DNA from: a virus
Direction: 5' to 3' (one strand)
DNA: 64,000 bases
IMG/VR virus record: IMGVR_UViG_3300036832_000827
Span: 4,916-68,915 of that record
Part shown: positions 55,421 to 64,000 of the stretch, piece after piece
Position numbering within the stretch: position 1 is the stretch's first letter
Layout: each line of letters begins with the position of its first letter
Position numbers and translations under genes: made by a program
The notes under the pieces: model-generated
Databases searched by the model: none
What the model was told of the DNA's origin: nothing
What the model saw: only the letters and a program-made list of their open reading frames with translations

Positions 55421-57219
55421 GGTAACTCCAGATCTACCGGTTTGTTATGAAACAGGAAACCTCCGGCGATATAGATGCCGCCGTCGACGGTCGGCTCGCC
55501 AACGGTAAAGTCTCCCGATTCGCCGACGATCGACACGATCTTTGTTCGCATCACTTCCTCGCCTGGCTTCGTCAGTACCATGACCGTCTTACCGTCGGCC
55601 ATTCGCTGTTGGAGCACGACGAGCGGCGTCCCGCCTGCATCGCTTTCATCGGTGATAAAGGGCTCGTCCGGCGTGCACCTGACTTTGCAGCCGTTTTCTG
55701 CTTCGACGCGAAGGACGTAGCTTGCGTGTCCGACGCGGACGCCAAAAACACGGCGATGCACCGGCCCGCCCGCATCGATCAATTTGCCGCTGCGGGTCGT
55801 CGCCTGAAGTTCCCGGAACGGGATCTCGCCGTCCGCCATTCTGACGGGCGTGTCCGTCACGACGCAGTAGCCGCCCGATGGCGGAGGCGGAGGATCGATG
55901 CCGCCCGAGCCTCCTGAGCCGCCCGATGGCGGCGAGCTTTCTGCGGCTGAGCCTGACGGTGTCGAGTGGGCTCCGGCCCTCGTATCGTTCGACGACCGTG
56001 CCCAGTTCCCGTCGCCCATTGAAAGCCCGAGCTTGCGGATGTGCACTTGTCTTGCAGTTGCCGTGGGCCCTGTCAGACCAAAGCGAAGATATTGCTGGCC
56101 GGCCGCCGTAAGACTGCGGTTGTAGGTCGTCGGCACAAGGATCGTCATCGCGTTGCGGACGTAGCCCAGGCCGAACAGCGTGCCGGCGACAAAGTTGGTC
56201 GTCACTGCGTAGGCTCGCGGTGCCGTCGTCGTCACTGCCGGCCAGCCTGGGACGTAAGCCTCGGGAGGATTGCCGACGTCGAAGTATGTTCCGTCGATCG
56301 AGTTGCGAACGGTGAATTGCCGAACGTAAACGGTACCGATCCTGCGATAGATCTGGAATTCGATAAAACCTGCAACGCCCGTGAACCTGATCCTCGGGTG
56401 ATTGTTCTGGTCGAAGACGGCCGGTGCATTCGGGAAGTTGAGGACCTGCGAGATCGCTTCTTCTCCGGAGTCCGTCAACGCAACGACGCGATAGTCGACG
56501 CTTGTCGAGCCGGGAATTCCATAGGTAACGCCTGGGTCGTTGCCCTTATCGTCGGAGATCTTGAAGTCTCCGCCCTCGATATATTTCTCGTGGCCGGGCG
56601 TCGAATCGTAGAAGCCCGCATAGAACTGCAAAGTCGGCAAGGGACTTGTGCTCGCGGGATCGACCAGTGCTTCGAATTGAAAGGTGAAGCGCTGCCCAGG
56701 GAAAATGATGTCGTTCGGTATCGGGTAGTAGATGTCCCAAGGCTCGCTCACTCCGCCCATTTCGATCCACGCATTTGTCTTATTCCAGCGCGGTATGTCG
56801 AGGTTGGTCGCTTCGTTTGGCGATCCCCAAAGCGAGTGATCGGCAGGCTCGACGGTCTTCGCTGTCTTGAGTGCTGTCGCCGATGCCGGACTGAGCGGTG
56901 CGTCGCTTGTAAGCTGACGGTAAAAGTCCTTGCATTCCATGTTGCCGTCGCCCGCGTCCGATGGTATGACCGGTGGCCCCGGATCGAGCGGTGTGTCGTA
57001 GGCGATCTTCGACCATTCTGGCAGCGAGTTGTCGAGTGTGTTGACGATCCCGGAAAAGTTGCTGGCGGCCGTGGCCTGGGCGTCGACCGTTCCCTGAACG
57101 CTGGTAAGACTCTGATTGATCTGATCGATCTGATCCTGAAGAGCGGAGATCTGCTTGAGGGACTCGCGCCGAACGTCGTTAAGCGACATCGTCCCGTCGT
57201 AGTTGTACGCTTCCACCAT
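55417..57219 (-). CDS. Virion protein with C-terminal Hint (intein-like) domain, 600 aa
   Basis: After a G/S/P linker: CVVTDTPVRMADG...VRCTPDEPF...YIAGGFLFHN-K. Confidence 0.7.
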   Translation of the reverse strand: MVEAYNYDGTMSLNDVRRESLKQISALQDQIDQINQSLTSVQGTVDAQATAASNFSGIVNTLDNSLPEWSKIAYDTPLDPGPPVIPSDAGDGNMECKDFYRQLTSDAPLSPASATALKTAKTVEPADHSLWGSPNEATNLDIPRWNKTNAWIEMGGVSEPWDIYYPIPNDIIFPGQRFTFQFEALVDPASTSPLPTLQFYAGFYDSTPGHEKYIEGGDFKISDDKGNDPGVTYGIPGSTSVDYRVVALTDSGEEAISQVLNFPNAPAVFDQNNHPRIRFTGVAGFIEFQIYRRIGTVYVRQFTVRNSIDGTYFDVGNPPEAYVPGWPAVTTTAPRAYAVTTNFVAGTLFGLGYVRNAMTILVPTTYNRSLTAAGQQYLRFGLTGPTATARQVHIRKLGLSMGDGNWARSSNDTRAGAHSTPSGSAAESSPPSGGSGGSGGIDPPPPPSGGYCVVTDTPVRMADGEIPFRELQATTRSGKLIDAGGPVHRRVFGVRVGHASYVLRVEAENGCKVRCTPDEPFITDESDAGGTPLVVLQQRMADGKTVMVLTKPGEEVMRTKIVSIVGESGDFTVGEPTVDGGIYIAGGFLFHNKPVDLELP

Positions 57220-57289
57220 CTTGAAAAGGCTCGTAAACTACGCTGTTCATTTAAGTTGTAATTTTGGAAAGGTTGGGTATAATAATTAA

Positions 57290-57409
57290 GGCCAGGCGGG
57301 AAAGCTGATAACTTCCCCGCCCAGGGGCTCAAACCTTTTTAGGTTTGTCCGTAAGTTGAGGGCGTTGATGGTCTTTTTCCACGAGAGCCATCAATGCCTT
57401 TTCTCTTTT
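57290..57409 (+). ncRNA. Putative antisense sRNA (type I antitoxin-like)
   Basis: TTGTAA-16-TATAAT (57256-57283); hairpins; terminator GGCGTTGATGG...CCATCAATGCC-TTTTCTCTTTT; overlaps the 3' half of the small ORF on the minus strand. Confidence 0.55.
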
Positions 57410-57490
57410 CCATGTAATTATCTGGCGAGCCAGACTCATACCGAAATCAAGAAACAACTTAAGGAGCGCCCATAATGGAACGTGGTCCAT
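57329..57490 (-). CDS. Unannotated 53-aa amphipathic/basic peptide (type I toxin candidate)
   Basis: AGGAGGT RBS; TATAAT at 57561-57556; MDHVPLWALLKLFLDFGMSLARQIITWKREKALMALVEKDHQRPQLTDKPKKV. Confidence 0.55.
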   Translation of the reverse strand: MDHVPLWALLKLFLDFGMSLARQIITWKREKALMALVEKDHQRPQLTDKPKKV

Positions 57491-57586
57491 ATGGCGTTAC
57501 CTCCTGTTACCTTAATTTGTCAAAGAATCAGGGTTTCTGATCCCCTGACTCATCTATTATACCGCAAGTCTAACTTTTCAAACAAC

Positions 57587-59677
57587 TTAGCGTAGCATCG
57601 CATGTCCGCTGCCGAACGATTCGGCCAGTTCCAATCCGCAATCGCCTTCGGGTGTCGTCGACGTGATCGTGATCTCAAGCTTGTGCATCTCGCAGTCCTG
57701 GACGTTCGGCCAGATGGCGGGAAGACGCTGAAAGCCGGTCCGTGGCGGGATGAGATCGAAGGAACAAATTTCGGTATCGTCATCGCCATCGGCGAACACT
57801 TTTATCGTCACGGGCTGGGTCGTATTGTCGGCCCGTATCGAGGCGATGATCGCAGCCACGGTGTCCATCGAATTCGAGCTTGGTATCCAGGCTGTTCTGA
57901 CCTTGCCGACGCTGCCCGTGCCGACGTCGTAAATGTAGAGGTTGTCCTTATCGTCGGAGATCTGGAGCTGGCGGGCGACGGTGACGGCCGAAACGATATG
58001 ATCGCCGGCTATCAGACCCGTCAGATCGGCGGGTGCTCCCCATTCTTCGAGGTCGGCGAACCACGGCCAGATCTTTTTCCCATAGCAGAACACGACAACG
58101 TGAAGGTCGTCGTACCAGCCAAGCACGCGTTGCACGGCGTCGGTGCAATCGATCAGGTCGTCGGCGATCTTGACGGCGAAGGAAGCATCGACCAGGCCGT
58201 AATAGTCCATGCGGATCGGGCCGCGTTTGGTTGGCCACATGTAGAGGCGTCCGCCTTCGCCAAGCACGGCGTTGTGCTGATAGTCGCATCCCATGTTCTG
58301 CCAGACGGGCTCGACCGAAAGTCCCTGAATGTAGCGAAGGACATAGACGCTGTTCTTGCAGAGACGCCAGTAGACCTCGTCGCCGCGTATGAGCCCGACT
58401 GGCGTGTCGTTCGTAAAGATGACGGTGTCGGGTGAAAAGCTTTCGGGCTTTCCGAACTCTGACGGTGCGATCGCGGATGGCCGATTGCTCGTCGGTGTCA
58501 GCGAGTTGTCGCCGTAGCAGCCGTCCACGAACGTGAGGTCTTGGAGTGATCCGGCATAGAGGCCTTCGGGCGGCGGAAAGTCGCGTGTCGGGGCGAGCGG
58601 TTTTCCTACGAGATCTCCGTCGCGCCATTCGACAACGACCGTGCGGGGTGTTCCTGCGGCTCCGGTCGATGCGGTCATATGGACGCCTGTGGAGGTCGTG
58701 GGCGCATTTGCGGCCAGTGTTAGCTGGTCGGCGGCCGGCACGGCGATGACATAACTGTTGAATGGGGTCCCGATGTCCGGCGTTCCGCCTGACAGTATTA
58801 CAGGCCAGCCGATCATGTCGGACGTGAAAGTCGCTCCTACACTTTGGATCGTCGGTGAGCCGGCCGTGATCGCCATGTTGACCTTTACGACCGAATGGCT
58901 GACGTCGCTCTCCGGGATCTCGGTGAGCTCGAAGTGCGAGCCGGTCGAGCCTTCCTGGTTGAGCGTGACGCCGATGCCCCAGTAGTCCTGCCCGTTCGCG
59001 TCGGGGAGCGGCAGCGTGACGGCGATCGACTGATTGAAGGCCGACACGATGTTCGAGACTTCCGACTGGATCGAGACGGCTCCGGTCGTCGAACGAATAC
59101 GCCAGGTCACGACGCTGACGACGCCATTCACCTTTCCCGAAAATCCCGTGGGCGGGTTGACGGCCTGGATCGACGGCGCTGACGGTTGAGCGAGACCGGC
59201 TTGCCACGGGCCTGATAATGGGTCCGTGTATGAACCGTTGTATTTGACCAGAAGCTGCAACGTCGTGTCCGCAACGACCGGAACGGGCGGAGGCAGCGGT
59301 GCGGGCGGACTGGGTTTATAGGATAATGCGTCGACGCCCGAGACCCTGAGCAATCCCTTCCCGATAAAAAACAAGGCTGAGAAAACATTAAAGACGTTAC
59401 CGAAGGCGGTTCCGTCGATGACGGACGTCGGTCCGTAAGGTGTGCCGCTGCCAAGCCCGGCAAAATCTTCGGCGACATTCATCATCACGATGCTGCCAAG
59501 TTTGCCTGGGATGATCGTGAGACCTTTGAAGACTTGCAGCTTGCCAAGGCCGGTGAGCATGAAATTCTCGGAGCCGCGCGTCATCATGTCGGGCGATTCG
59601 CGCATGTTCGGTGACGACGAAACGTATCTCGTCGGCGCCCATTCTCCGATCTTTGGTATCTGTGCAAGGTCGGCCAT
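57587..59677 (-). CDS. Probable tail nozzle/stabilisation protein (P22 gp10 / T7 gp12-like), 696 aa
   Basis: Size, beta-rich composition, SEFGKPESF and MGCDYQHNAV motifs, position after adaptor-size genes. Confidence 0.5.
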   Translation of the reverse strand: MADLAQIPKIGEWAPTRYVSSSPNMRESPDMMTRGSENFMLTGLGKLQVFKGLTIIPGKLGSIVMMNVAEDFAGLGSGTPYGPTSVIDGTAFGNVFNVFSALFFIGKGLLRVSGVDALSYKPSPPAPLPPPVPVVADTTLQLLVKYNGSYTDPLSGPWQAGLAQPSAPSIQAVNPPTGFSGKVNGVVSVVTWRIRSTTGAVSIQSEVSNIVSAFNQSIAVTLPLPDANGQDYWGIGVTLNQEGSTGSHFELTEIPESDVSHSVVKVNMAITAGSPTIQSVGATFTSDMIGWPVILSGGTPDIGTPFNSYVIAVPAADQLTLAANAPTTSTGVHMTASTGAAGTPRTVVVEWRDGDLVGKPLAPTRDFPPPEGLYAGSLQDLTFVDGCYGDNSLTPTSNRPSAIAPSEFGKPESFSPDTVIFTNDTPVGLIRGDEVYWRLCKNSVYVLRYIQGLSVEPVWQNMGCDYQHNAVLGEGGRLYMWPTKRGPIRMDYYGLVDASFAVKIADDLIDCTDAVQRVLGWYDDLHVVVFCYGKKIWPWFADLEEWGAPADLTGLIAGDHIVSAVTVARQLQISDDKDNLYIYDVGTGSVGKVRTAWIPSSNSMDTVAAIIASIRADNTTQPVTIKVFADGDDDTEICSFDLIPPRTGFQRLPAIWPNVQDCEMHKLEITITSTTPEGDCGLELAESFGSGHAMLR

Positions 59678-59680
59678 GTT

Positions 59681-60214
59681 TCAGATCACGTTCGAGAAGC
59701 CGCACGCGCGGCAGACATGAAGAGCTCCGAGGCGTCCGGTCTTCGGGTTGTAAATATTAGCGATCTTCTGAAATGGCGATTGGCGTATCGAGGAGTTCGT
59801 CTTTCGGTTGATGATCGTCTCGGTCGGGCATTCACATCGCTCGGCTGGATCTCGATCGATCGCGCCCTTTATCATTTCAAACCATTTTCGCCGTTCGGGA
59901 TTCGGTGTTACGTCAACGGCCTCGGCGTACCTTCCCTGTTCCGCGTAGAGTTCGGACAATCGATCGAGCGACATCTCGATGCGTCGCCGTTCCAGTTCGC
60001 TCGCCGGCGTCGTCACGTTGAGAGCTCCGAGATTTGCCAGGACGGCCTTCTCTTGCGCCCGTGCGATCGCGATCCGGTTCTGGACAAGTTTCTGGCTAAG
60101 GAGATTGCGGCCGTCGCTGTTAAGTTTTGCCTGAGCTTCGCGGTCGGCGTCGGTGACGCGCGAATGAATAGTGGCCAATGCCCGCGAGAGATCGAAAGAT
60201 GATGGTGTTGTCAT
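59681..60214 (-). CDS. Hypothetical protein with TPR-like helix and zinc motif, 177 aa
   Basis: LSELYAEQGRYAEA; CEC...CRAC. Confidence 0.5.
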   Translation of the reverse strand: MTTPSSFDLSRALATIHSRVTDADREAQAKLNSDGRNLLSQKLVQNRIAIARAQEKAVLANLGALNVTTPASELERRRIEMSLDRLSELYAEQGRYAEAVDVTPNPERRKWFEMIKGAIDRDPAERCECPTETIINRKTNSSIRQSPFQKIANIYNPKTGRLGALHVCRACGFSNVI

Positions 60215-60921
60215 TGCTGATGTACTTCACCCGTGGGTTCGGGGTCGCTCACTTCGGAGAACGTTCGACGGCCGTTCGCGAATTCAGTCATGTCGCCGTC
60301 CCCTTTCTGGCCGTAGAAAGCGACGACGCCCATGTCGTATTGCCCAGTGCCGGATTTCGCGCTTTCGCCTACGGCCAGGCGTATCCACGTGTTCTCCATT
60401 ATGGCCGGGACCTTCGTCGCGACGTCCGCTCGGGTGATGATCGCGAGCCCCAGGAGCGCCTCCATGCCCGTAAAATAAAACCGCTGCTCCCATATGTCGT
60501 AATAGCCGGCGAGCGAAGAGCCTTTGACGTTGTGGGGTATCCCGGACGGGTCGTAGATCTTCCCGAGGGCTCGATACGAATCGATCTTCTGATAATTGAG
60601 CGGTGCTCCCGGCTGCCAGGGGCCTTCTGGATAAGGCATGATGTCGACGGAAGCGGGCTGTCCCTGGTGATCGGGTAGAAGATCCTGATAATTGAGAGGG
60701 GTCGGGACGAGGTAGTTGCCCCGGTACTCGTTCGGCAGCGTCGCCAGCATCTCCAGCACCTTGAAGCCCGCTTCCGTCACAAAGTCCGCGATGGCGTTCT
60801 CGTTCCTCGTCTTTATACGCGGGCTGATCGCCGCCGAATACGTCCCCGCCTCGCAGAGATCGAGGATCTCCGTCACGCGCTTTAGAACTCTGCCCTGGTC
60901 TGCTGCATCCATGATCGTCAA
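60211..60921 (-). CDS. Putative head-tail adaptor, 236 aa
   Basis: Size and synteny only. Confidence 0.35.
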   Translation of the reverse strand: MTIMDAADQGRVLKRVTEILDLCEAGTYSAAISPRIKTRNENAIADFVTEAGFKVLEMLATLPNEYRGNYLVPTPLNYQDLLPDHQGQPASVDIMPYPEGPWQPGAPLNYQKIDSYRALGKIYDPSGIPHNVKGSSLAGYYDIWEQRFYFTGMEALLGLAIITRADVATKVPAIMENTWIRLAVGESAKSGTGQYDMGVVAFYGQKGDGDMTEFANGRRTFSEVSDPEPTGEVHQQ

Positions 60922-61169
60922 CCTTCATTTTCTTGCATGGCGACCTGACGTTTACCATTCGCCCGCGCGGTCGACGCCAGTTTTTCATCGTTTGGCGGCG
61001 CCGGAAATCCGATCTCCGGAGACTCCGGATGCGGCTGTGCCTGCGAAAAGACCGTCATGAAGCCGGCCACTTCGCCGAACGGTTTGGTTTGAAGGTAATT
61101 GACCACGGACTGACAAAAGTCCAGGTCAAGCGTCACTACCATTTTTTGTTGTCTGTTTTGCATATTCAT
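60918..61169 (-). CDS. Small protein (tail fibre chaperone-like), 83 aa
   Basis: VVNYLQTKPFGEVAGFM pattern seen after tail fibre genes. Confidence 0.45.
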   Translation of the reverse strand: MNMQNRQQKMVVTLDLDFCQSVVNYLQTKPFGEVAGFMTVFSQAQPHPESPEIGFPAPPNDEKLASTARANGKRQVAMQENEG

Positions 61170-61495
61170 AATTGGAAACTCGCTGTTACGTTCTTTGTCG
61201 GCTCTTGTCGGGCCATAAGCTTTCGCTTGAGCCCGGCCATGTGATCGCTGACAACCTGGCCGATAAGGCTGACGGCGAATTCCTCTCTGAGCTTTGGGGC
61301 GTCGACCGTGTGCGGCTCTATTTTTACGGTGCGCTTTTTTGGCGGTTTGCTTCTGTCGGAGACGTCCACGCCCGGCACTTCGATCTCGCCTCCGGGTTCG
61401 CTTTCGGGCGGCACAAAGTTGTAGGCATCGCAGATAAGGTCGATCATCTCGTCCCTGCTCATCTCAATTTCCAAAGTCAACGATGTTTTCGCCAT
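61166..61495 (-). CDS. Hypothetical protein, 109 aa
   Basis: GGAGA RBS. Confidence 0.5.
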   Translation of the reverse strand: MAKTSLTLEIEMSRDEMIDLICDAYNFVPPESEPGGEIEVPGVDVSDRSKPPKKRTVKIEPHTVDAPKLREEFAVSLIGQVVSDHMAGLKRKLMARQEPTKNVTASFQL

Positions 61496-61518
61496 TGTGA
61501 TCTTCTCCGTAAGAGCGA

Positions 61519-63999
61519 CTAAAGAATTGTTATCGCCTGATCCGAATTATTCTCGATCGACCAGATAACGTAGAGCGTCGTCGGCGTGATGCTCGACGTT
61601 GCGTTGAGGTTAAGCGTGATCTTGTTGGTCCCGTTGGTCACGGTCCAGGCTCCTGTCAGTGTGCCGGTCGAGACGACCACACCTTCGAACGCGATGGTCA
61701 CGTCATTCGTATAGACGCCGCCCTTGTTGACCGAGCTGAATCTGACAAGCTGTGTACGTTCCTGAACATCGGTTGCGTTGATAGCGACGATCGTGGCCTT
61801 TATCACGCCGCCCGTCGCCTTGAGGGTCGGCAGTGCGACATCGATGAGAGCAACCGGGGTGCCGCTCGTCAATGTCTTCTTCATCCCGGTGACATACTTG
61901 TCCGCCCCTGAAGCCATCAGATGTATCAACTTCCCGGCATTAGACGTCACAAGGACGATGTCATTGGCGGAAGCACCGGCGTTTAGTAACAGATTGCCGC
62001 CTGCTGCTGCGATCGATAGCCCTCCCGTACTCGGGTCTCTTGCAAAGTTTCCGACGAAGGCACCGGCCTGCCACAAATTGACCCCGCTGTTGGCCCCGTT
62101 GTCGAGGTTTATCGACCCATTGGCCCCAAAGGCAACAAGTGGAGTTGAGCCCACGCTGGGCATGAGCTGGAGAAGATCGGCTGTCTGTGAGGCCGCGCTT
62201 ACAATTACCAGTCCTTTCTGCGTTGGCTGGACGGGCGTAAGTTTTAGTGCCGGATCGGTGCTGTAGTTCGTTGAAATAAAGGCTACTTGATACGCCGCAT
62301 CGCCAAAGGAATAAACGGCACTAACCCCGGCCGACCCGAACGATATACCGTTGACGCCGGTGGTCGAGATCTGGGCCGTTGTGTTGTACGCAGTATTTTT
62401 GAGAAAAATGTGTACTGGGTAATAACCAGCCGGGTCGGTCGAAGTTATCTGAAGGCCGCGCGTGTAGGCGCCTCCGTCCCATCCGCGAAAACGAAAATCG
62501 AAGGCGGGGACCGTGATGCCGGCCTCTGTGGTCACAAGAGCATTGAGCGGCCCGCTGAAGAGTGAAGGGCTGGTCGCCAGCGAGTAAATAAAATATCGCG
62601 TAGTGCCGCGATCGACGGTCGCATCGGCGTAGATGCCGTAGCTTGTGTCGACCGTTCCGCCAGAGGTTGACCATCCCTGGATCGCGAGACCTTTGAGCGC
62701 GACGATGTGCCCGGCCCCTCCTGAAAACCCAACGCGCAATACGCTCGCATCGGTGATAATGCCTGACGAGATCTGGATACCTGAGTTGACGCCTGCGGCT
62801 ATCGGTATCGTTCCCGAGACGCTACCGCGCGCTCCGGCGCTGACGTTAAGCCCGTAAACGGCTCCTGCTGCCGGCCCAGCCTGACATGCTGCGTTCAAAT
62901 TGCACCCGATCACGGTGGCGGCTGCTGTGGTGTTCGACACTGAAAGGGCCTGAGCGAAAATACCATAGACGGTGTGCCCGGTGCCCGAGCCGACAAAGTT
63001 GGAGTAGACCTCAATTCCCTTGGTGAGTTTGGTGGCGCCGCTGGTCGCATTGTCCTGTTCGATAAAGATCGCCGACCAGTTCACATTGCCGGGGTCGTAA
63101 CTGGTGGAATACTGAGCTCCGTCCGGCTGGATAAGAAGATTGGTTTTCTGCGTGCCCAGGTAATCGATGCGCGACCATTTGGAGTCGAGGGCAAGCATGT
63201 TCTTCGTGTCATCCCAAAAGAAAATGTCGTTGTCTTGTGCGATCACCGGGCCGGTCGCCACAAAAAGGATCGAGCCGGCCGTGCCGCCCGTCATCGGGCC
63301 GCCGATAGCCGCGCCCGCTCCGAGCGTCTGGATCTTGTCGTAGACGGCGTCCTTTGTCGGGACCGCGACGTTTCCGTTCCAGCTTGGCCCGTAAGGATCG
63401 TTCGGCACGCGGATGTCGCCCGAGAAGAGTGAGGGGCTCGTCGACAATGAATAAATGAAATATCGTGTAGTGCCGATGTCGATCGAGGCGTCGGCGTAGA
63501 TGCCGTAGCTTGTGCCCACTCCCGACCCACCGGCGAAGACCCAGCTATCGAGACTGAGTCCGCGAAGGCTTGAGATGAAGGTCACCGAGCTCCTCATCCA
63601 CGTTTTTGCGTGATAGCACGCTGCGACATCGAGTTTGGTGAGTGGACCGCCGCTGACGACATAAACGATACCGTCGAAACCGTAGCCCGTTCCGCTGGCC
63701 GTGTTGTGCGGCCCGACATAGGCCGTGGCCCCGACCATGAGACCGGTGCCCTCGGCCGCGTTACTGCCGGTTCCCGAAAGCATCCAGAGCCCGTGCATCT
63801 CGTTGGAAGGCGATTCGCCGTTGACCCATATATATTGTCCGAGTATCTGGTAGGAGGTTCCGAACGTTACGCCACCGGCCGATCTCGGGCTGACGGTAAT
63901 CATGTTGCCGAACAGATTCGACCCCGTTGCTGGTCCGCCAACGGAGAGATTTATATAATTGGGTACTATGTAAGTGTTGTTGGTGCTCGTCAGAAAAGA
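61519..63999 (-). CDS. Tail fibre protein (partial; frame open to window end)
   Basis: G/S/T/A-rich; no in-frame stop between 63904 and 63999; duplicated TSYGIYADA...TRYFIYSL.TSPSLFSG module. Confidence 0.65.
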   Translation of the reverse strand, partial: SFLTSTNNTYIVPNYINLSVGGPATGSNLFGNMITVSPRSAGGVTFGTSYQILGQYIWVNGESPSNEMHGLWMLSGTGSNAAEGTGLMVGATAYVGPHNTASGTGYGFDGIVYVVSGGPLTKLDVAACYHAKTWMRSSVTFISSLRGLSLDSWVFAGGSGVGTSYGIYADASIDIGTTRYFIYSLSTSPSLFSGDIRVPNDPYGPSWNGNVAVPTKDAVYDKIQTLGAGAAIGGPMTGGTAGSILFVATGPVIAQDNDIFFWDDTKNMLALDSKWSRIDYLGTQKTNLLIQPDGAQYSTSYDPGNVNWSAIFIEQDNATSGATKLTKGIEVYSNFVGSGTGHTVYGIFAQALSVSNTTAAATVIGCNLNAACQAGPAAGAVYGLNVSAGARGSVSGTIPIAAGVNSGIQISSGIITDASVLRVGFSGGAGHIVALKGLAIQGWSTSGGTVDTSYGIYADATVDRGTTRYFIYSLATSPSLFSGPLNALVTTEAGITVPAFDFRFRGWDGGAYTRGLQITSTDPAGYYPVHIFLKNTAYNTTAQISTTGVNGISFGSAGVSAVYSFGDAAYQVAFISTNYSTDPALKLTPVQPTQKGLVIVSAASQTADLLQLMPSVGSTPLVAFGANGSINLDNGANSGVNLWQAGAFVGNFARDPSTGGLSIAAAGGNLLLNAGASANDIVLVTSNAGKLIHLMASGADKYVTGMKKTLTSGTPVALIDVALPTLKATGGVIKATIVAINATDVQERTQLVRFSSVNKGGVYTNDVTIAFEGVVVSTGTLTGAWTVTNGTNKITLNLNATSSITPTTLYVIWSIENNSDQAITIL

Positions 64000-64000
64000 A

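Noticed and set aside
45529-63999. Diversity-generating retroelement acting on tail genes
   Set aside because: No reverse transcriptase in the window, and no adenine-specific TR/VR pattern was noticed in the duplicated segments.

Overview
About 64 kb of a temperate tailed (podovirus-like) phage genome in its excised form (intact attP), almost all on the minus strand. Left to right: partial scaffold-like gene and portal (1-4.1 kb); an accessory island between portal and terminase (4.9-10.6 kb); TerL/TerS; an early region of small genes, several with their own repeated sigma70 promoter cassette (13.8-19.7 kb); replication, recombination and auxiliary genes (19.8-29.6 kb); an RHH-type immunity switch; xis-attP(tRNA-Lys)-integrase; and a virion module (3487-aa lytic-transglycosylase ejection protein, tailspike, tail proteins, a Hint-domain protein, partial tail fibre). 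The main result is an RNA-guided TIGR-Tas-like system. A nuclease-less Nop-domain protein (TasA-like, 5887-6756) has FOUR dispersed dual-repeat guide arrays (16+20+4+2 = 42 units) with a ~34-nt period and mostly 8-nt paired spacers. Joined as spacerA + revcomp(spacerB), many units give promoter-like sequences, one gives an NrdR-box-like palindrome, and one is a near match to this phage's own putative late promoter. This suggests a programmable transcriptional regulator rather than a nuclease. Also seen: a duplicated, covarying leader RNA (hairpin + terminator) in front of both late operons, and an unannotated type I toxin-antitoxin-like moron. All calls were made by eye; no database searches were run.
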